Positions 44,652-64,000 of a stretch of 64,000 nt of DNA are shown piece after piece. The stretch spans positions 1,189,455 through 1,253,454 of the forward strand of contig JAWQFM010000010.1 in the NCBI GenBank assembly GCA_033442325.1, written 5' to 3'. Origin of the DNA: Salpingoeca rosetta. Lineage: Eukaryota > Protista > Choanoflagellata. The notes under the pieces were generated by a model. It was not told where the DNA came from. It was given only the letters and a program-made list of their open reading frames with translations, and did not search any database. The position numbers were made by a program, and so were the translations under genes. The number at the start of each line of letters is the position of its first letter. Positions within the stretch are counted from its first letter, which is position 1.

Positions 44652-45054
44652 CGTCAGTGACACGACACCATGAAAAGTAGCCAGACGGTTATTTTCGTCC
44701 CGCATCCACGTGTTTGTTTTGTTGGTGAGTTTGCGGCACTGACAGACCAAGCGTCAGTGCGAGTGTGAGTGTGCAAGTGCTCCGACGCTTCTTTGTGTTT
44801 GTTTGTTCCCTCTCTCGCACTCTCTTGCTTCGTCCCCCCCCCTCACTCACCTCTTGCTTTGCTTTGCTTCGCTCACAGCACATCGCACACTATTGGCTCA
44901 CCCCCTCCCTTCTTTGTTCTCCCCTCCCGACTTGCCTTGCCCTACTATTTTTACGGTTCTGTTAGCTAGTCATAGGTAGCTCGCTGTTGACCAGCCCCTT
45001 CCACCCCAGTCCTCCTCCGCGTCTTCGCCAGCCACTACAACACCACACGGATCG

Positions 45055-45109
<55 letters not shown>

Positions 45110-45176
45110 ATAGACAGCAACTACAGAGCAGGGAAATTGCCGACATCCATAGAGACGCATCCAGACAAAACGCATC

Positions 45177-46565
45177 ATGAGTGACACCGCAACAGCAATG
45201 AGCAACAAGAACGCTGGCGATGACCAGCCGCCAGCCAAGCAGGCCAAGGTCACGGCTGCACCCGCCAACGACGCCAACGATGCTGCCATGCCGGACATCC
45301 GCGTGGCCATCGTCGGCGTTGGCAACTGCGCCAAGTCGCTGGTTGAGGGCGTTCAGTACTACGTGGAGAACCCACACGACCAGGTCGGCCTCATGTATCC
45401 CGACATTGGCGGCTACACGGCCAAGCACCTCAAGTTTGTGGTCGGCTTTGACATTGATGAGCGCAAGTGCGGCAGGTCCCTGGCAGAGGCGCTGCGCGCC
45501 AAGCCCAACTGCGCCATGGACCACGTGCCGGAGATAACAGAGACCAGCGTGCCAGCTGCTGCGCGCGTGCACCGTGGACCAACGCTCGACGGCATCGCTC
45601 CGCACATGACGCAGTACCCGGTTGATACCACCTTCAAGGAGAGTGGCGACAAGCCCGTCACGTTGGACGAGGCCACGGAGATTCTGCAGCGCGAGAAGGT
45701 GGACGTGGTCATCAACTACCTGCCCGTCGGCTCACACGAGGCGTCTGCGTTTTACGTCGACGCGGCCGTGCGCGCGCGCTGCCACTTTGTCAACTGCATC
45801 CCGACCTTCATCTCCACCAAGGAGGCCAAGGCGCTGGAGCAGCGGTTCATTGACGCGGGCCTCACCATTGTGGGCTCGGACATGCGGTCTGCGTGGGGCG
45901 CGTCGCGCGTGAGCGAGGTGCTGCAGGGCGCCATGCTCGACTCTGGGCTCATGGTCACGCAGCACATCCAGATGAACATGGCGGCCGGCACCACGCAGGG
46001 CCACGAGACGCAGCGCACGGGGCGCACCGCAAACACGGACTTCCTGAACATGGCCAAGCAGGACCGATTGCACTCCAAGCACGTCTCCAAGGAGAATGTG
46101 CTCAAGGGCCAGAACGTGGTGCGCGACACAAGCACGGCGGGCATGACGCTCTTTGCGGGGCCCTCCCTCACCGTGCAGCAGAAACCAGGTGGCACGTACC
46201 TTGGCTCCGACAACAAGGTTGCCAACTTTGACATTGTTGCGTATGGGTTTGGCGGCGCGCGGTACGAGCTGACCGCCCGCCTCTCTGTGCAGGACTCGCC
46301 CAACAGCGGCGGTGTTGTGGTCTCTGCCATTCGCTTCTGCAAGGTGGCTGCCGAGCTGGGTATCGTTGGCTTCCTGCGTGGTGCATCCGCGTGGACGCAG
46401 AAGACGCCGCCGCTGCAGATGCGCACGGGTGACGCAAAGTTTGAGTGCGACGCGCTGTCCCGCCGTCAGCTCACGGACCTCACACGTGCGCAGCTGAAGG
46501 AGAACACGCCCGTTGCAGACACCCTTCCATACACGTTCCAGTCGGACACCCTCGACTACGAGTGA
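45177..46565 (+). CDS. ino1: Myo-inositol-1-phosphate synthase, prokaryotic (actinobacterial/archaeal) type, intronless
   Basis: Single 462-aa ORF: IRVAIVGVGNCAKSLVEGVQYY, VGFDID..K, RGPTLDG, DVVINYLPVGS, FVNCIPTFI, IVGSDMRS, NTDFLNM, RLHSKHVSK, DNKVA, DSPNSGGVV, QKTPP. Confidence 0.93.
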   Translation: MSDTATAMSNKNAGDDQPPAKQAKVTAAPANDANDAAMPDIRVAIVGVGNCAKSLVEGVQYYVENPHDQVGLMYPDIGGYTAKHLKFVVGFDIDERKCGRSLAEALRAKPNCAMDHVPEITETSVPAAARVHRGPTLDGIAPHMTQYPVDTTFKESGDKPVTLDEATEILQREKVDVVINYLPVGSHEASAFYVDAAVRARCHFVNCIPTFISTKEAKALEQRFIDAGLTIVGSDMRSAWGASRVSEVLQGAMLDSGLMVTQHIQMNMAAGTTQGHETQRTGRTANTDFLNMAKQDRLHSKHVSKENVLKGQNVVRDTSTAGMTLFAGPSLTVQQKPGGTYLGSDNKVANFDIVAYGFGGARYELTARLSVQDSPNSGGVVVSAIRFCKVAAELGIVGFLRGASAWTQKTPPLQMRTGDAKFECDALSRRQLTDLTRAQLKENTPVADTLPYTFQSDTLDYE

Positions 46566-47098
46566 CGCGCGCATACGCATGTGTGCGCATGTGTGCGTGT
46601 GTGCGTGCGTGTGTGCGTGCGTGTGTGCGTGCGTGTGTGTGTGTGTGTTTGGTGAATTGGCTGCGCGAGGTCGGGGCTTTATGTGTTGACTCAATCAATT
46701 GTGGAATTGAGACGCGTGGACTGTCCTGACTGGTCATACACTTGCCTTCCATCATGTCAGTCTTCACTGGTTCTAGTTCGTTCATTCTCTTGGTTTGTGT
46801 TTGTGCTTTCTTTCTCTTCTTCCTCCACGCCCACCACATCTTCTTCTTTCGTGTGTTTGCGTTATCATCGAAGCAATACAAACGCTGCCGCTGTCCAATG
46901 AATGATACTGAGCATGACAATCCCGAGCAATAGCACACAGACACACACACTCTCTCAACAACGTGCCATCAATACGCCAACAGCACACACGTCTAACGTG
47001 CGCGGACGCAGTGACCACAGATGTGCACAAAGACAACACACACACACACACACACACACAGAGAGCTGCTGTTCACGGTGCACTGATATGGGAAGGGA

Positions 47099-53109
<6,011 letters not shown>

Positions 53110-53391
53110 GACTTCCTCGTAGATGGAAACGGGGGATAGAGAGAGGAGGGGAGAAAGAAGAAGGAGGCAGTGGTCGATGTGGTCGACGTCAGTCTGATGT
53201 GGTCGATGTGGGTCGATGTGGTCGATGGCGAGCGACTGCGCAGACAGCAGACAACAGACACCAGTTTGGTTTGTTGTCGCGCGCGAAAATGAGACCTGCC
53301 TGCGACAGCACATGGAGTAGTCCATTTTGGCGCGCAAATCGTTCAAACAAACCAGAGACGACTTTGGCGGCAAACAGCAACACCCACGACG
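53110..53391. promoter_or_regulatory. Bidirectional SSRP1/LIG1 promoter with three E2F-consensus sites and a CHR-like hexamer
   Basis: 282 bp lie between the divergent ATGs. Sites: GCGCGAAA at 53281-53288, TTTGGCGCGCAAA at 53326-53338, TTCAAA at 53342-53347 and TTTGGCGGCAAA at 53363-53374. Confidence 0.65.
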
Positions 53392-61280
<7,889 letters not shown>

Positions 61281-61596
61281 GCACGTGCGACCTGCGAACA
61301 CGTTCTTGCTGGTTGTCGCGGTGTGTTGACACGTGGTCAAGGTGGTGAGTGGTGATTGGGTGATGGGTGACTGGATTGGGCGTTGTGTTGATGGCGGCGG
61401 CTGCGTTGATGTCGCGTTGTTCCTTCTTGCATGTTCCTTTGTCAGCACTCTGCGTTTGTTGCGTGGCCAATGATAGAGCCTTGTCTCTTGTAAGTCTTGC
61501 ATCTTTGTTGTATTGCTTCATTAAACGTCCCCGCATTCATCTCTCTTAAAACCACACCTCCCACCCAGCACACACACACACACACACACACACACC

Positions 61597-61664
<68 letters not shown>

Positions 61665-61733
61665 ACGCACACGCACACACGCACACACACGCACACACAC
61701 GCACACACACACACTCTCTCACTCACATCGTGG

Positions 61734-62735
61734 TTATGGTATGGTGGGCGAAGTTGAGGACGCGTGGTCGGCAGGTGCGCCAACATCATTGTCACGACCT
61801 TGCTTGGGTGCCATGTAATAGGAACACGTGTGCAACGCGGCACCAAGCATGCGCACCATAAACGTGTACGCGAGTCCTTGGCCTGGTGGCGGTGTCGCCC
61901 TGTGGTCGTATCGCAGCACGAGCACGGGCCGTGGTGTGTCCGACATGTTGGCCATGCCGCGGTGCAGGGTGCGCGAGTCGTACATGAGGGCCTGCCCTGC
62001 ATGTGCCACGGCCTTGCACGTGGGTTGCTGTGCCAGCGCACGCAGCAACTGGGGCGTCGACCGCCGTGGCGGTGTCGCTATCGAAGCGGCCGCGTTCTCT
62101 CGTGAAACTGGAGGCGTGTTGTTGTCGTGCGTGGGCGTGAGTGCGTGGGTTCCGGGCAGAAGCTGCGTCGGGCCCATGGGAAGTGTGATGGATGTGAGCG
62201 GGATGATCATGGTGAGTCCACGCGCCGCGTTGTCTTGGTGGTAGAACTGTGCCTCGGACTGCGGCAGGGAAGTCAGGAACTGGCACTGTGACAGGTACAC
62301 GTCGTCCCACTGTGTGTCGCTGGCGTCGAAGAAGGCGCGGGCAAACGGCTCCACCGCGCTCCGGATGTCGGCGACGGCAAGCTTGCTGTCGTCGTCCTCA
62401 AAGGCAGTGCGATGGAACCTGCCACGTGTGGACTGCACATGCTTTGGCGTGGCTGCTGTGCGGTGCGGGGAAGGCTGCGATGCCGCTTGGGGCGCGTGGC
62501 GGCACAACACACGACAGCTGTTTGCGAGAACCGTCTGGTCCACGCAGCTGTCCACGATAGCCACACCCCTTGTGTTGAGCAGGCGTGTTACGTCGTCGAC
62601 GCCGCTGGCGGTGAAGCTGGAGTTGTCGCTGGCGCACACGCGGTCGTGCGCGTCGATGTGTGAGTGCATCATGGAGCCAGCCGCAACGGGTCCAACGAGC
62701 GCCGTCGCAACAACAGCCACCACCCGGCGTGCCAT
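61734..62735 (-). CDS. Intronless PhyH-family Fe(II)/2-oxoglutarate dioxygenase with an N-terminal hydrophobic segment
   Basis: MARRVVAVVATALVGPVAAG; LNTRGVAIV; QFYHQD (HxD); IPL...MGPTQLLPGTH; AGQALMYDSRTLHRGMANMS..PRPVL (distal His and 2OG-binding Arg). Confidence 0.88.
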   Translation of the reverse strand: MARRVVAVVATALVGPVAAGSMMHSHIDAHDRVCASDNSSFTASGVDDVTRLLNTRGVAIVDSCVDQTVLANSCRVLCRHAPQAASQPSPHRTAATPKHVQSTRGRFHRTAFEDDDSKLAVADIRSAVEPFARAFFDASDTQWDDVYLSQCQFLTSLPQSEAQFYHQDNAARGLTMIIPLTSITLPMGPTQLLPGTHALTPTHDNNTPPVSRENAAASIATPPRRSTPQLLRALAQQPTCKAVAHAGQALMYDSRTLHRGMANMSDTPRPVLVLRYDHRATPPPGQGLAYTFMVRMLGAALHTCSYYMAPKQGRDNDVGAPADHASSTSPTIP

Positions 62736-63132
62736 GCTTTGGTCGTGCGTGTTTGGTGTGTGTGGTGTGTTTGGTGTGTGTCTGTGGTGTGTGTGGTAAG
62801 GATGGGGCGATGGAAGGATGGAGACAAAGCCAACAGGGAAGGGGTGCAGGGGGGAAGGGAAGGAGTGCAGCACGGGACACTGGGACACTCTTGTGCACTG
62901 GCTCACTCGTGCATGTGCGTGTGTTTGGGCAACTGCTGGTGTGTTGTCGTTCATTAATTTGCGCGCAACGGATTGAAGGGCGAGGGATTGCAAGCAGTTG
63001 ATTGGATTGGTGTGTGCCGTGTTTTTCGTGTGCTGTGCCTTGCTTGCTTGCTAGCTTGGCTGCGTATGAGCTTGCTGGTTTGGATGGCTCGCTCGTTCCA
63101 GCTCGTGTGTCCTGTTCTCTTGCACCCTTCTC

Positions 63133-63302
<170 letters not shown>

Positions 63303-63414
63303 TCATACCCCCTTGCCCCCTTGCCTGCTTGTCTTGTCTGTTCGCCGACAGGCAGGTTTTCACTCTCACAATCACTGCTTGCGTGCACATGCAATACTGG
63401 AACAACGCTGGCGA

Positions 63415-63987
63415 CTCGCTGACAGGGAGTGCAATGATATGCAGTGGAGGGAAGAGCAGGCCAGCTGCTGGCTGTGGTTGTCATACTGACGCTGCCGTGG
63501 GTTCGGGTGGGAGCTTGCTCATATCGGGCTCCAGTGAGTACATCATGGTGAACCTGGTGCACGACAGTGCGAACAAAAGTGTGTGTGTGTGTGTGTGTCT
63601 GTGCGTGTGTGTGTGTGTGTGTGCATATCATGTGCGAACGGACTGTATGTGCAGATTGAATGTGAGGCCAGCGGCATCCATTGTTACTGTGTCGGTTGGT
63701 GCACGTCGCTCGTGTCGTGCTTGCGCGCCGTCTCTGTGTTGCATTGTTTATTGCGGGCAGTCGCCCACACCCATTAGACCGAACGAATCACAGACGCTTA
63801 CAATGGTAGGGGTTGCACCTCGCTGACAGGGAGTGCAATGATATGCAGTGGAGGGAAGAGCAGGCCAGCTGCTGGCTGTGGTTGTCATACTGACGCTGCC
63901 GTGGGTTCGGGTGGGAGCTTGCTCATATCGGGCTCCAGTGAGTACATCATGGTGAACCTGGTGCACGACAGTGCGAACAAAAGTGTG
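63415..63987 (+). repeat. Exact 169-bp direct repeat, copies at 63415-63583 and 63819-63987
   Basis: The two copies look identical by eye (ctcgctgacaggg...gaacaaaagtgtg) and are offset by 404 bp. Confidence 0.92.
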
Positions 63988-64000
63988 CATGTGTGTGTGT

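Noticed and set aside
45177-46565. Bacterial contamination as the source of ino1
   Set aside because: The gene has host-style microsatellite flanks, a eukaryote-like N-terminal extension and no operon context. Long reads would settle it.

Overview
This is a gene-dense, intron-rich eukaryotic window. Short GT-AG introns are packed with (CA)n/(GT)n, (CAA)n, (AGAC)n and (TGAG)n microsatellites, and the exons are GC-rich. That style plus the gene content points to a choanoflagellate, probably Salpingoeca rosetta-like (inference). Most entries in the ORF track are microsatellite or antisense artefacts. By splicing exons manually I support about 13 genes, in order: a 5'-truncated single-pass membrane protein (+), MTHFS (+), amphiphysin/BIN1 (-), hinderin/KIAA1328-like (-), JMJD8 (-), a DOT1-like methyltransferase with a mitochondrial-type leader (+), a ~16.5 kb WD40-TRP channel of the TRPW type (-), an intronless multi-tyrosine docking-type protein (+), proline iminopeptidase (+), an RhlG-like SDR (-), an intronless prokaryote-type myo-inositol-1-phosphate synthase (+), SSRP1 with two HMG boxes (-), DNA ligase I (+) and an intronless PhyH-like dioxygenase (-). 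A 169-bp exact duplication lies at the right end. The main hunting results are: E2F and CHR (DREAM-like) promoter elements at SSRP1/LIG1 and at hinderin; a likely horizontally acquired MIPS; a two-HMG SSRP1; a JmjC/methyltransferase head-to-head pair less than 100 bp apart; and regulatory motifs on the WD40-TRP channel. Gene spans include introns. All family calls come from motif recognition, not from database searches.
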